From assembly GCA_963727485.1 (NCBI GenBank), contig CAVSGM010000002.1:864001-928000 (forward strand): DNA of 64,000 bases, given 5' to 3'. The notes beneath the pieces are model-generated. The model saw nothing but the letters and a program-made list of their open reading frames with translations. It made no database searches and was not told where the DNA came from. The translations under genes were made by a program, and so were the position numbers. Each line of letters opens with the position of its first letter. The stretch's first letter is position 1. Of the stretch, positions 1-13,751 are shown in pieces. This DNA comes from an uncultured delta proteobacterium (lineage in GTDB: Bacteria > Myxococcota > Myxococcia > SLRQ01).

Positions 1-258
1 CGGCTCGACCGAGAAGGGCTCCTGGATCGCCGTGGTGGGATCGGGCATGACCAGCATGTCGGAGGCGTGGATCGCCTGCCAGCCGCGGATGGAGGAGCCG
101 TCGAAGCCGACGCCCTCCTCGAAGGTCTCCTCGGTGATCTCGTGGAGCGGCAGCACGAAGTGCTGCCAGATGCCGACGAAGTCGAGGAACTTGAGGTCGA
201 CGAACTTGGCGTCGATGTCCTTGGCGAGCTTGAGGGCGTCTGCCGGGGTCTGGGCCAT
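1..258 (-). CDS. glnA: Glutamine synthetase type I, N-terminal part (runs off the window edge)
   Basis: Manual translation: MAQTPADALKLAKDIDAKFVDLKFLDFVGIWQHF...GFDGSSIRGWQAIHASDM, the GSI N-terminal signature; GGAG RBS; adjacent to glnB. Confidence 0.95.
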   Translation of the reverse strand, partial: MAQTPADALKLAKDIDAKFVDLKFLDFVGIWQHFVLPLHEITEETFEEGVGFDGSSIRGWQAIHASDMLVMPDPTTAIQEPFSVEP

Positions 259-316
259 TGGGGTCTCCGTGACGGGTTCGGCCGCGGTGGCGGCCATGCG
301 GTTCGCGCGACGTTGT

Positions 317-333
317 AGCAGGGGCCATGCCAG
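317..333 (-). promoter_or_regulatory. Sigma54 (-24/-12) promoter of glnA
   Basis: Minus strand CTGGCATGGCCCCTGCT = GG-N10-GC, about 60 bp upstream of the glnA ATG. Confidence 0.75.
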
Positions 334-393
334 CGGTCTTCCCCGCGTGGGAGCCGGGCACCGGCGGTGGTCGCCCCCCTGGCGGCCGCCTTC

Positions 394-434
394 TGCCTAC
401 GCGGCGAGCATGGGATCTGCACAGGCCGCAGGCA
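394..434. promoter_or_regulatory. Tandem NtrC-type enhancer sites (TGC-N11-GCA x2)
   Basis: TGCCTACGCGGCGAGCA (394-410) and TGCACAGGCCGCAGGCA (418-434), upstream of the glnA sigma54 promoter. Confidence 0.55.
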
Positions 435-509
435 ATGCCTGGAAACCGGGCACTCCCCCGGGCGCCTCGGGCGCACGGACCTCGGGCCTCGTCGAGCGCC
501 GGCGGCCCG

Positions 510-3882
<3,373 letters not shown>

Positions 3883-4008
3883 GCTCCGGAGGCCCGCCGG
3901 CCGGCCCGCGCCTGGGATCTCCACGGGATCCTCGGAAACCTAGGGATCCGGGGCCCCCGCCGCGGGCAGGATCCCTGGCGTTCCGGGCACTTGCCCGGTA
4001 GAGGGGGG

Positions 4009-4024
4009 TGGCACCGCCGTTGCA
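4009..4024 (+). promoter_or_regulatory. Sigma54 promoter for the gene at 4043
   Basis: TGGCACCGCCGTTGCA, near-consensus; GGAG RBS follows. Confidence 0.8.
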
Positions 4025-4042
4025 GATCCACCCCCCGGAGCC

Positions 4043-5192
4043 ATGCGCGTCGTCCTCCCCATCGTCCTCGCCGCCGTCGTCCTCGCCGCCCCCGCGGCCC
4101 GGGCCGAGGGCGCCCCCGACCTCGCCGCAGGCCGGGCGCGGGCGGCCCGCCTCGCCGGCGAGCGGACCCGGGTCGAGGGCGAGCGGGCCCGGCTCCAGGC
4201 GCGCCTCGACACCCTCGCCGCCGAGATCGCCCGGCTCAAGGCCCACCACGACGCCGCGGCGCCCCTGTTCACCGACCCCGAGCTCGACCGGCGCCTCAAG
4301 GCCGCCCAGGCCCTCTCGGCGAAGGTCGACGCCCTCACCTCGCAGGCGGCGGGCCTCTCGGCGAGGCTCCGGGCCGCCGACCAGGCGCTCCTCGCCGCCT
4401 ACGACGCCGCCCTCGACCGGGCCCGGGCCGGCCTCGCCCACGCGGGGCGCGACGACCGGGACGCCGCCCAGGCCACCGTGGCCCGCCTCGAGGCCGGGCG
4501 CCGGGCCGCCGCCGCCGACCTCGCCCGCCTCGCGCCCCCCGACGACGCCACCCGCGTCCCCGCGGTGAACCCCGCCTCCGACGACCCCCAGGCCCTCGAG
4601 GCCCAGGCCGACCTCCTCCGGGACACCCGGGACCGCCTCGCCCGGCGCCTCGCCGGCCTCGAGGACCGGGCACGGCGCCTGAAGCGCCAGCGGGACCTCG
4701 CCGGGCAGATGAACGGCTTCCTCTCCGAGACCCGCCTCTTCGACGAGCAGGACCGCACCGCCAGCCGCATGACCACCGACACCGTCGGCGCCAGCGGAAG
4801 TGGCGGCGGGGGCGCCCAGACCGCCGCCGGCGGCGCCAACCCCGGGGCCACCAGCGGCGGCGCCCCGGCCCCGGCGCCCGGGCGGCACCGGCAGCGGCAG
4901 CGGGGGCGGCGGGAGCACCGGCAGCGGCACCGGCGGCGGCGGGATGAACGGGCCCACGGGACCGACCACGCCCGGCACCGGCACCGGCGGCGGGACCGAC
5001 GCCCCCCAGCCGGTGCGCCAGCTCACCCGCGCCGACGCCAGCGCCACCCCCGACACCCTCGGCCGCCTCGGCGACGACGCCTCCCTCGACGACGTGCAGG
5101 CCCAGGCGAAGCGCCTCGAGGCCCTGATCCACCGCCTCGACGGCAAGGCCAGGGCCCTCGACCGGAAGGCCCGGGCCCTCGAGCACCGGTGA
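4043..5192 (+). CDS. Secreted coiled-coil protein with Gly/Thr-rich linker; frameshift near 4880
   Basis: Signal peptide MRVVLPIVLAAVVLAAPAARA; heptad-rich helices; C-terminus continues in ORF 4800..5192. Confidence 0.7.
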
Positions 5193-5205
5193 CCGCCCCG
5201 GCCTG

Positions 5206-5742
5206 TTAGAGGTGGGGGATCACGTGGAAGACCACCGTCGCCTGGATGGTGGTGTCCTGGTCCGGCCGCTTGTTGGCGTTGGCCTTGGTGGTGATCGAGA
5301 AGTTCGGCGCGGTGGCGTAGGGCTTGAGCTCCACGCCGTCGAGGTTCAGGTCGACCTGGGTGGCGCCCTGGAAGGCCCCCGGGGCGCTCTCGGCGATGCG
5401 CTTGGTGGGCTGCCCGTCGGCGCTCACGTCGAACTCGATGGAGTTGAGGAAGGAGAAGTCCTGCCCCGAGGGCGGATTGGTGATCTCCAGGGTCAGGCGC
5501 TTGAGCTTGATGGAGTCGACCTGGCTCGGCTTGACGTCGTGGTTCTGGAACGACTGGGTCTGCGACAGGTCGATGCCGCCGAAGGCCCCGAAGTCCAGGG
5601 GCAGGGCCTGCTCGAGGAGGGTGCCCTTCTGGACGGTGGTCTTGCCGGTGACCGTGGCGTCGAAGGCGGCGATGGCGCCGCAGCCGGTCCCCGCGAGAGC
5701 GAGGAGCAGGGCGAGGGAGACGAGTCGGTGGGGGTGCTGCAT
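5206..5742 (-). CDS. Lipoprotein, beta-rich, unknown function
   Basis: MQHPHRLVSLALLLALAGTGC lipobox; typical codon usage. Confidence 0.75.
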   Translation of the reverse strand: MQHPHRLVSLALLLALAGTGCGAIAAFDATVTGKTTVQKGTLLEQALPLDFGAFGGIDLSQTQSFQNHDVKPSQVDSIKLKRLTLEITNPPSGQDFSFLNSIEFDVSADGQPTKRIAESAPGAFQGATQVDLNLDGVELKPYATAPNFSITTKANANKRPDQDTTIQATVVFHVIPHL

Positions 5743-5821
5743 GGCCCGGAGCCTACCGCGATCCGGGAGGTCGGCGCATCGGTCTACCGGCCCGGCGGGG
5801 GCCGTGCGATGCTCGGGGACG

Positions 5822-6970
5822 ATGACGGCCCCCCGCGCCGCGCTCTGCGCCCTGGCCTTCCTCGCCGCGAGGCCCGCCCTCGCCGGCACCGTCAAGCACC
5901 GGGAGACGGTGAGCCTGGAGTCCGCCTACGACTCCAACGCCCGGCGGGTGGAGAACGGGCCGCTGGTGCACCCCGACGTCCTCGCCTACCTCTTCGCCAC
6001 CGGGCACCTCGCCTGGCGCGGCGGGCCCACCGCCTGGTCCCTGGACCTCAAGGCCGGCGGCAAGCACTTCGCCCAGGTCCACGCCGAGGACGTGGCGGTC
6101 GGGCGCCTGGGCCTCTCGGTCTCCCACGCCCTGGGGCGGTGGGGGATCCTCGGCGTCGACGCCAGCTACAAGGACGCCTTCCAGCAGGGCGATCCCCTGG
6201 CGCGCCTCTCCCCGGGCTCGCCCCTGTGGTGCAGCGCCCCCGAGGACCAGGCCTCCGGCGGCTACCGCTGCAACCGCCGGGACCTGCGCGACGGCGCGCT
6301 CACCGGCCGCCTCGACCTGCGCCTCGGCGGGCGCCTCTCGCTGGGCCTGGACGCCGGCCTCACCGGCTTCGAGTACAAGCCCAACCCCATCTTCAGCTAC
6401 CTCGGCCCCCAGGGCTCGGTCGCCCTGCGGTGGCGCGTGGCCCGGGGGCACCTCGTCACCCTCACCGGCGCCGCGGCCCTGCGCGCCTACGACCCCAGGT
6501 CCACCAGCTACGCCACCCGGGTCGTCGGCGGGGTGCCGGAGCTGGTGCCCACCGGCCGCTCCCGGGTGGAGCAGGTCTACACCGGGGGCCTCGCCTGGTC
6601 CTACCGGGGGCCGCTGCTGCTCACCCTGGGGCTCACGGTGGCCCGGAGCGTGAACAACGGCGAGGGCATGGACGTGTGGCGCGGGCGCCTGGCGCTCGCC
6701 GCCGCGGCGTTCCTCGGGCCCCGGACCACGGTGGTGGTCTCGGCGGCGTTCCAGGCGGCCCTGTGGCCCTCGGGCGACGTCTACCGGAACCTCACCCCCA
6801 TCGGCGACCAGAGCGAGCAGGAGAACAGCCTGGGGCTGAAGCTCGCCGAGCGCCTCACCGCCCACCTCCAGGTGGTGGTCAAGCTCCAGGCCTACGCCAA
6901 CGAGTTCTCCGCCCAGGCCCTGCCCTTCAGCCGGCAGGTGTTCCAGACCGGCGTCGAGCTCGACCTCTAG
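5822..6970 (+). CDS. Putative outer-membrane beta-barrel protein
   Basis: Signal peptide; alternating amphipathic strands; C-terminal FQTGVELDL. Confidence 0.65.
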   Translation: MTAPRAALCALAFLAARPALAGTVKHRETVSLESAYDSNARRVENGPLVHPDVLAYLFATGHLAWRGGPTAWSLDLKAGGKHFAQVHAEDVAVGRLGLSVSHALGRWGILGVDASYKDAFQQGDPLARLSPGSPLWCSAPEDQASGGYRCNRRDLRDGALTGRLDLRLGGRLSLGLDAGLTGFEYKPNPIFSYLGPQGSVALRWRVARGHLVTLTGAAALRAYDPRSTSYATRVVGGVPELVPTGRSRVEQVYTGGLAWSYRGPLLLTLGLTVARSVNNGEGMDVWRGRLALAAAAFLGPRTTVVVSAAFQAALWPSGDVYRNLTPIGDQSEQENSLGLKLAERLTAHLQVVVKLQAYANEFSAQALPFSRQVFQTGVELDL

Positions 6971-7548
6971 CCGGCGCCGAAGTGCTCCACCTCGAAGGCC
7001 TCGAGGTGGGCGTCGTCGCGGCGCCAGCTCCCCGGCGCGACCCCGGCCTTGCGGCAGAGGGCGTCGAGGAAGGCCTCGGCGCCGAAGCCGTGCTCGGTGG
7101 CCACCTGCGGGAGGAGGAAGCCCCGGCGGCCGGCCACCGAGAGGAGGATCCCGTCCCGGCCGAGGACCAGGTCGCCCGGGCCCGCGAGGGGCCGGCGGCG
7201 GAAGAGCAGCGAGATCTCCACCTCGAGCTCGTCGAGCTCGTGGGCCTCGAAGGGGTGGAAGCGCGGGTCGGCGAAGGCCGAGAGGCGCGCGAGCTCGGGG
7301 ACGCTCTGGTAGAGGGGCGCGTCGGTCTCCAGGACGCCCCGGCAGCCCCGGAGGACCTCGCCCCGGCGCACGGTGACGAAGACCCCGAAGGTGGCGTCGA
7401 GGCCGTCGCCGGCGCCCGGGAGACGCGGGTCGGCGTCGCCGAGCTCGGCGGCGATGGCGGCCCGCGCCGCGGCGACGAGGCGCCGGCGGGCCTTTGCGTC
7501 GAGGGCGGCGGGGGCGGCGTGGCCCGGGGGATCGGCGAGGGGGGTCAC
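6967..7548 (-). CDS. AMMECR1-domain protein (AmmeMemoRadiSam protein A-like)
   Basis: GVFVTV...LRGCRG, AFADPRF, EISLL, GRDGI, GFLLPQVA, LCRKAG; start codon uncertain. Confidence 0.85.
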   Translation of the reverse strand: MTPLADPPGHAAPAALDAKARRRLVAAARAAIAAELGDADPRLPGAGDGLDATFGVFVTVRRGEVLRGCRGVLETDAPLYQSVPELARLSAFADPRFHPFEAHELDELEVEISLLFRRRPLAGPGDLVLGRDGILLSVAGRRGFLLPQVATEHGFGAEAFLDALCRKAGVAPGSWRRDDAHLEAFEVEHFGAG

Positions 7549-7609
7549 GGGGCGATCATGGCGCCGCCGGGGTGGCCTGTCACCTCGGGGGCGCGCTATC
7601 CCTTCCCCC

Positions 7610-8434
7610 GTGGCCCGGATCACCCTCCTCGACGGCCCCCTCGGGACCGAGCTCGCCGCCCGGGGCGTCGCCACCCCGCCGCCCCTGTGGAGCGCCGCCG
7701 CCCTCGAGACCCACCCGGAGGTGATCTCGGCAATCCACCGGGACTACGCCGCCGCCGGCGCCCAGGTCCACGTGGCCGGCACCTTCCGCACCCAGCGGCG
7801 CCACGCCGGCCCCCGGTGGCGCGCCCTCGCCGAGCGGGCGGTGGCCCTCTGCCGGCAGGCGGTGGGCCCGGATCGCCGGGTCGCCGGGAGCCTCGCGCCC
7901 CTGGAGGACTGCTACCGCCCGGATCGCTCGCCCCCCAATCCCGGCCCCGAGCACGCCGAGCTGGCCCAGGCCCTCGCCGCCGCCGGCGTCGACCTCCTCC
8001 TCTGCGAGACCTTCCCCCACCGGGGCGAGGCGGTGGCGGCGGTGCGGGCGGCGGTGGCCACGGGCCTGCCCACCTGGGTCGCCTTCACCGCCGGCCCCGG
8101 CGCCAATCTCCTCACCCCCGGGGCCCTGGCCGAGGGGGCGCGCCGGGCCGTCGACGCCGGCGCCGCGGCGGTCCTGGTCAACTGCACCCCGGCGACGGGC
8201 ACCCTGCCCTTCGTCGAGGCCCTCGCCGCCGCCGGGCTCGGGGTGCCCCTGGGCGCCTACGCCAACGCCGGCGCCCCCGAGGCGGGCCTCGGCTGGGGCG
8301 CGGGGGGCGACGCGGCAGCTCGCTACGCCAATCTCGCCGACACCTGGATCGCCGCCGGGGCGACCCTCGTGGGCAGCTGCTGCGGGACCTCCCCGGCGCA
8401 CATCGCCGAGCTCGCGCGCCGCCACCCCGGTTGA
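7610..8434 (+). CDS. Homocysteine S-methyltransferase family protein
   Basis: LLDGPLGTEL, WSA, IHRDY..AGA, ETF, VNC, YAN, GSCCGTSPAHI (Zn-binding cysteines). Confidence 0.85.
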   Translation: MARITLLDGPLGTELAARGVATPPPLWSAAALETHPEVISAIHRDYAAAGAQVHVAGTFRTQRRHAGPRWRALAERAVALCRQAVGPDRRVAGSLAPLEDCYRPDRSPPNPGPEHAELAQALAAAGVDLLLCETFPHRGEAVAAVRAAVATGLPTWVAFTAGPGANLLTPGALAEGARRAVDAGAAAVLVNCTPATGTLPFVEALAAAGLGVPLGAYANAGAPEAGLGWGAGGDAAARYANLADTWIAAGATLVGSCCGTSPAHIAELARRHPG

Positions 8435-8512
8435 CCTCGGGGCGCCGCCGGACCTATCAACGAGACCTCGGCCGCCGCCCCCGGCGGCCCCACGCGCAAT
8501 GGAGGGGAGACC

Positions 8513-9473
8513 ATGAAGCGTTCCGTCCTGTGCTGTGCCGCCTTCGCCCTGGCGCTCGCCGGCTGCGTCTCGTCGGGGAAGTACGACGCCCTGCAGAAGC
8601 ACCTCGACGACACCACCCACGCGATGCAGGGGCAGATCGACCAGCGTGACGCCGAGATCGCGAAGCTCAAGAAGGCGCTGGCCACCTCCGAGGCGCAGGT
8701 CAAGGACCTCGACGGGCGCATCGCCGACCTCAAGCAGAAGATGGACGACCAGGTCGCCTCCCTCAACGCCGACAAGCAGGGGCTCCAGAACCAGCTCGCG
8801 TCCATGGTCAAGGATCGCTCGCGGCTCAAGGCCTCGGTGAAGGACATGCAGCAGGCCCTCTCCGAGCTCGAGGCGCGCAAGCGCCAGGCCGACGCCCGGG
8901 TCGCCGAGTTCCGCAACCTCATCGAGCGGTTCAAGCCGCTGATCGACACCGGCAAGCTCCAGGTGAAGATCGTCGACGGGCGGATGGTGGTGCAGCTGGC
9001 CACCGACGTCCTCTTCGCCTCCGGGTCGGCGCGGCTGTCCCAGGACGGCAAGCAGGCGATCACCGAGGTGGCCCAGGTCCTCGCCTCCGTCGGCGACAAG
9101 AAGTTCCAGGTCGAGGGGCACACCGACAACGTGCCCATCCACACCGCCGCCTACCCCTCCAACTGGGAGCTGGCCGCGGCCCGGGCGATCACCGTGGTCA
9201 AGACCATGGTCGGCGCCGGGATGCCCGCCGAGCGCCTCTCGGCGGCGAGCTTCGCCCAGTACGAGCCGGCCCAGGCCAACGACACCCCCGAGGGCCGGGC
9301 GGCGAACCGGCGCATCGAGAATCGTGCTCCTCCCGGACCTCTCCAGCCTCCCGGGGTTCGATCAGCTCAAGGCCATCGGCGAGGGGAAGGCCCAGGCGAC
9401 ACCGGCGGCCGGGTCTGGGGGGAAGCCGGCTTCGGGCCAGGAGACGACGCCGGCGATCCCCGGGTCGCGCTGA
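8513..9473 (+). CDS. OmpA/MotB-family peptidoglycan-binding lipoprotein with coiled-coil stalk; +1 frameshift near 9320
   Basis: Lipobox LAGC; coiled coil; VLFASGSA, VEGHTDN, SNWEL...RA, GRAANRRIE, then IVLLPDLSSLPG in the shifted frame to TGA at 9473. Confidence 0.85.
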
Positions 9474-9492
9474 GGCGCGGGCGGGGCGGAGG

Positions 9493-10435
9493 TCAGCGGC
9501 GGCGCTTCTTGGGGGGCGGGTTCTTCTTGGCGGCCTTCTTGGCCGCGGCGCTTCTTGGCCGCGGGCTTCTTGGCCGCGGGCTTCTTGGCGGTCTTCTTTG
9601 CCGGCTTCCGCGCGGTCTTCTTGGCGGCGGACTTCTTGGCCGGCTTCCGTGTGGTCTTTTGGGCCGTGGGCTTCTTGGCGGTCTTCTTGGCTGGCTTCCG
9701 CGCGGTCTTCTTGGCGGCGGACTTCTTGGCGGGCTTCCGTGTGGTCTTTTTGGCCGTGGGCTTCTTGGCGGTCTTCTTGGCTGGCTTCCGCGCGGTCTTC
9801 TTGGCGGCGGACTTCTTGGCGGGCTTGCGTGTGGTCTTTTTGGCCGCGGGCTTCTTGGCGGTCTTCTTGGCTGGCTTCCGCGCGGTCTTCTTGGCCGCCG
9901 GCTTCTTGGCCGCCGGCTTCTTCTTGGCCGTCCGGCTGGCCGGCCGGCGGGTGGGCCGCTCGCTCACCGTGGGCCGGCGGCGCCGGCGCCGCGGCGCCTT
10001 GACCGTGGCCTGGGCCGCCGCCGCGCCCTCCCGGGGGGTGGCGGCCGAGAAGTAGGCGATCATGGGATTGAGGTAATAGTCGTGCCACCCGGAGGCGTAG
10101 CGCCGCCCCTGACCCTTGGGGATGTCCGAGTGGGTGATGGCCAGCCGCGTCCCCCCCTCGACGGCCTCGAGGGTGATCTCCACCCGGGAGTCCGGCGCCT
10201 CCGGAGGGAAGTCGGCGGTTCGCCAGCTCTGGAGGATCCGCCGGCTCGGGTCGACGTCGAGGGTCGTCCCGCTGATGTACCCGTCCCAGGCGGTGAACCG
10301 CCCCCCGGGCCACGGTTCGATCGACGCCGCGCCGCCGGTCATGGCCGCGTGCTCGAGACCGTTCAGATACGCTTGGTAGATCCGGTAGGGATCGGCGGGA
10401 ATGACCGCCGAGACCTCGATGGACTCGTTTTCCAT
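9493..10435 (-). CDS. SRPBCC/AHSA1-like domain fused to a histone H1-like Lys/Ala-rich tail; frameshift near 9555
   Basis: GGRFTAWDGYISG...ILQSWRT..F...GWHDYY followed by KKPAAKK repeats; corrected frame ends KKRRR-TGA at 9493. Confidence 0.8.
9570..9925. repeat. Coding tandem repeat, 90-bp period, about 3.5 copies (KKTARKPAKKTAKKPAAKKTTRKPAKKSAA)
   Basis: GGCTTCCGCGCGGTCTTCTTGGC recurs at about 9603, 9693, 9783 and 9873. Confidence 0.9.
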
Positions 10436-10589
10436 CTGGGCACCCTCCTACCGAATCTTGCGGGCCGGATCGCGCTCTCGTCAAGAATTGGGCGGTTTTC
10501 CGGCGCACCTGGGCCGTTCTGGCGCGCCCCACCTGCACCACAATGGACCACCGCGCGGGCGGGCCATCGTAATTCCGGGCAGTTGGACG

Positions 10590-10606
10590 CCGGCACCGGG
10601 CCTGCA
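10590..10606 (+). promoter_or_regulatory. Putative sigma54 promoter of the MBL-hydrolase operon
   Basis: CCGGCACCGGGCCTGCA = GG-N10-GC; AGGAG RBS downstream. Confidence 0.55.
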
Positions 10607-10644
10607 GTCCCTGGGACCCGAACCCCAAGCCAAGGAGCCCGACC

Positions 10645-11574
10645 ATGGCCACCCCGGAAGCCCACCGATCCGCCGCCCCCCCGAATCCTGCCGCCGCCGG
10701 CCCGGACGCGGGCAACCGCGCCCCCCTGGAGGTCGTGTTCTGGGGGGTGCGCGGCTCCATCGCCTCGGCGAGCCCCCGGACCATCCGCTTCGGTGGCAAC
10801 ACCACCTGCCTCGAGGTCCGCGCCGGTGACACCCGGGTGATCCTCGACGCGGGCACCGGCATCCGGCCGCTGGGCGATCGCCTCCTCGCCGAGGCCGCCG
10901 CCACCGGTCGCGCCCCGGAGGCGACGCTCCTGTTCACCCACCTCCACTGGGACCACATCCAGGGCTTCCCCTTCTTCGCCCCGGCCTTCGTCCCCGGCGC
11001 CCACCTCGCCCTCTACGGCCCCGCCGGCGAGGGCGGCGTCTTCGCCCTCGAGGCGGCGCTGGCCCGGCAGATGTCCCCGCCGACCTTCCCGGTGACCCTC
11101 GAGGCCATGCGCGCCACCAAGGGCTTCCACCCGCTCACCGACGGGAGCCGCTTCACCCTGGGGCCGCTCTCGGTCGAGGCCGGCGCCCTGCCCCACCCCA
11201 ACGGGTGCCTCGGCTACCGCCTCGAGGCCGGGGGCCGGAGCCTGTGCTTCGCCACCGACGTGGAGCTCCCCGGCGGCGACGCGGTCCCGGCGGGCCTGGC
11301 GCGCCTCGCCCGGGACGTGGACCTGCTCATCCTCGACGCCCAGTACACCCCCGACGAGTACGAGGGGCGCGCCGGGGTCCCCAAGCGCGGCTGGGGCCAC
11401 TCCACCTGGGCCGCCGCCACCGAGGTGGCCCGGGCGGTGGGCGCCCGGCGCCTCGCCCTCTTCCACCACGACCCCGCCCGGGACGACGCCGGCCTCGAGG
11501 GCATCGAGATCGCCGCCCAGGCGCGCCTCCCCGGCACCTTCGCCGCCCGCGAGGGCCAGCAGGTGGCGGTGTGA
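10645..11574 (+). CDS. MBL-fold metallo-hydrolase (RNase Z/phosphodiesterase-like)
   Basis: [46 protein letters not shown]. Confidence 0.9.
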   Translation: MATPEAHRSAAPPNPAAAGPDAGNRAPLEVVFWGVRGSIASASPRTIRFGGNTTCLEVRAGDTRVILDAGTGIRPLGDRLLAEAAATGRAPEATLLFTHLHWDHIQGFPFFAPAFVPGAHLALYGPAGEGGVFALEAALARQMSPPTFPVTLEAMRATKGFHPLTDGSRFTLGPLSVEAGALPHPNGCLGYRLEAGGRSLCFATDVELPGGDAVPAGLARLARDVDLLILDAQYTPDEYEGRAGVPKRGWGHSTWAAATEVARAVGARRLALFHHDPARDDAGLEGIEIAAQARLPGTFAAREGQQVAV

Positions 11575-11623
11575 CCGGCGTCGCGGCCAGCCCCCCGGAT
11601 CCGGGTTTAGAATCGCCTCCTGG

Positions 11624-13189
11624 ATGGCGACCGGTCCCGAGTCGGGCGAGGCGTTCCTCGCGGTGGGTGCCCTCCTCGATCGGGAGGTGGCCCTCGACGA
11701 GCTGCTGCGCACCCTGGTCCGGCGCATCGCCGCCGCCCTCGAGGCCGACCGCGGGACCCTCTACCTGGTGGACCGGGCCCGGGAGGAGCTGTTCACCCGC
11801 GCCGCCGATCTCCCCGAGCTCCCGGAGATCCGCCTCGCCCTCGGCCAGGGCGTCGCCGGCCTGGTCGCCGCCACCGGCCAGACGGTGAACGTGGCCCGGA
11901 GCGGCGAGGACCGGCGCTTCTTCGAGGGCATCGACGCCCGCACCGGCTACCGCACCGAGTCGATCCTCGCGGTGCCGCTCCGGGACGCCGCCGGCGCGGT
12001 GTTCGGGGTGGTGCAGCTGCTCAACCGGGCCGGGGGCCCCTTCACCCGCGCCGACGAGGTGCGCCTCGGGGCGCTGGCCGCCGAGGCCGCCGCCGCCCTC
12101 GAGACCACCACCCTCTACCGGAGCCTCTGCCGGGGACCGGGCGAGGGCACCGAGGCCCTGGCGCTGGCCGGGCGCTTCAACCGCATCCTCGGCGAGTCGG
12201 CGCCGATGCGCGCCGCCTACCACCTCACCACCCGCGCCGCCGCCTCCGAGGCCACCGTCCTCCTCCTCGGCGAGAGCGGCACCGGCAAGGAGCTCTTCGC
12301 CCGGGCGGTCCACGTGAACTCCAGGCGCCGGGACGGGCCCTTCGTGAAGGTCGACTGCGCCGCCCTCCCGCCGACCCTGGTGGAGAACGAGCTCTTCGGC
12401 CACGAGCGCGGGGCCTTCACCGGGGCCGATCGGCGCACCGAGGGGCGCATCGAGCGCGCCGCCTCGGGGACCCTCTTCCTCGACGAGATCGGCGAGCTCC
12501 CCGCCGCCGCCCAGGGCAAGCTCCTCCGGGTGCTCCAGGACCGGGAGTTCGAGCGGGTCGGGGGCACCGCCCCGGTGCGCGCCGAGGTCCGGGTGGTCGC
12601 CGCCACCCACCGGGACCTGGCGGCGATGGTCGAGGCGGGGACCTTCCGCGCCGACCTCTACTACCGCCTCCACGTGGTGGAGATCCGCCTGCCGCCGCTC
12701 CGGGACCGGGGGACCGAGGACCTGCTGCGCCTGGCGCGGCACTTCGTGGCCCAGGCGGCCCGGCGCCACGGGCGGCCGGTGCCCGGGATCGCCCGGTCGG
12801 CGATGGCGCGGCTGGCCGCCTACCCCTGGCCCGGGAACGTCCGCGAGCTGGAGAACTGCCTGGAGAGCGCGGTGGTCATCGCCGAGGGACCGGACCTCGG
12901 GCCCGGCGACCTCCCGCTGCCGACGCGCCTCCCCGGGGCGCCCGCCGCCGCCGGGGATCCGGGCGCCACCGCCGCTTGGGGCACCACCGGCGCCGCCCCC
13001 TCGGCGGCCCCGTCCTCGCCGGCCGACGTCCTCGCCGCCGGCGCCGCCGAGGGGCTCACCCTCGCCGAGATGGAGCGCCGCTACCTCGACGCGGTCCTCG
13101 CCCACACCGGGGGCAACAAGAGCGAGGCGGCGCGGCGCCTGGGCATCGGCCGCAACACCCTCGCCCGCAAGCTGCGCAGAGGCTCCTAG
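11624..13189 (+). CDS. GAF-domain sigma54 enhancer-binding protein
   Basis: GAF domain (GQGVAG, D.RF...D..TGY.T.S.LAVP, QLLN); AAA+ with GAFTGA; Fis HTH. Confidence 0.93.
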   Translation: MATGPESGEAFLAVGALLDREVALDELLRTLVRRIAAALEADRGTLYLVDRAREELFTRAADLPELPEIRLALGQGVAGLVAATGQTVNVARSGEDRRFFEGIDARTGYRTESILAVPLRDAAGAVFGVVQLLNRAGGPFTRADEVRLGALAAEAAAALETTTLYRSLCRGPGEGTEALALAGRFNRILGESAPMRAAYHLTTRAAASEATVLLLGESGTGKELFARAVHVNSRRRDGPFVKVDCAALPPTLVENELFGHERGAFTGADRRTEGRIERAASGTLFLDEIGELPAAAQGKLLRVLQDREFERVGGTAPVRAEVRVVAATHRDLAAMVEAGTFRADLYYRLHVVEIRLPPLRDRGTEDLLRLARHFVAQAARRHGRPVPGIARSAMARLAAYPWPGNVRELENCLESAVVIAEGPDLGPGDLPLPTRLPGAPAAAGDPGATAAWGTTGAAPSAAPSSPADVLAAGAAEGLTLAEMERRYLDAVLAHTGGNKSEAARRLGIGRNTLARKLRRGS

Positions 13190-13695
13190 GCCTCGGGGCC
13201 GCGGCGGGCCTTGAGGCGGCGCAGGTACGCCTTGAACGCCGGCGAGCCCACCCGGTAGGCGAGCACCGTGAGGCCGACCCGGGTCCCCGAGTGGGTGGGC
13301 ACCTCGACGGTGCGCGCCTCGCCCATGGGCATCCGCAGGCGCGCGTGGTGGGGCGCCGCGAGGCCGGGCATGGAGACGTTGATCGACATGTCGAGGCCGC
13401 CGACCGCGCCCACCGGATCGAGGGTGATGCCCATCTCCAGGGAGGCGTGGCCGTCGCCGTCCACCGGGCTCATGAGCTGCACCCGGGTGCGGTGGCCCGC
13501 CTCGCCGAGGACCCGGGGGTGGGAGACCACCGTGCCGTGGGGCCCGCGGATCTCCATGTCGAAGAAGAGCGCGTCGCCGGCGGCCGCCGCCACGGCGGGA
13601 CGGTGCACCACGCGCTCCTCGTGGTCGACCACGTGGGCGGCGACCAGGACCAGGGCGGCAGCGCCTGCCAGGAGATAGAGGACGCGGTTCGCCAT
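13186..13695 (-). CDS. Hypothetical membrane-anchored/exported protein
   Basis: [21 protein letters not shown]-terminal hydrophobic segment; downstream of the lipoprotein gene. Confidence 0.6.
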   Translation of the reverse strand: MANRVLYLLAGAAALVLVAAHVVDHEERVVHRPAVAAAAGDALFFDMEIRGPHGTVVSHPRVLGEAGHRTRVQLMSPVDGDGHASLEMGITLDPVGAVGGLDMSINVSMPGLAAPHHARLRMPMGEARTVEVPTHSGTRVGLTVLAYRVGSPAFKAYLRRLKARRGPEA

Positions 13696-13751
13696 CGAGG
13701 AGGGCAGCATACCGCCCGGTCGACGGGTCTGGCCACTGGGGCGATCCAGAC

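Noticed and set aside
8513..9473. Flagellar stator MotB
   Set aside because: Lipoprotein signal rather than a MotB TM with the conserved Asp; no motA neighbour.
9570..9925. Regular repeats as a possible CRISPR array
   Set aside because: No unique spacers; period is a multiple of 3 and encodes a Lys/Ala tail; no cas genes recognised.
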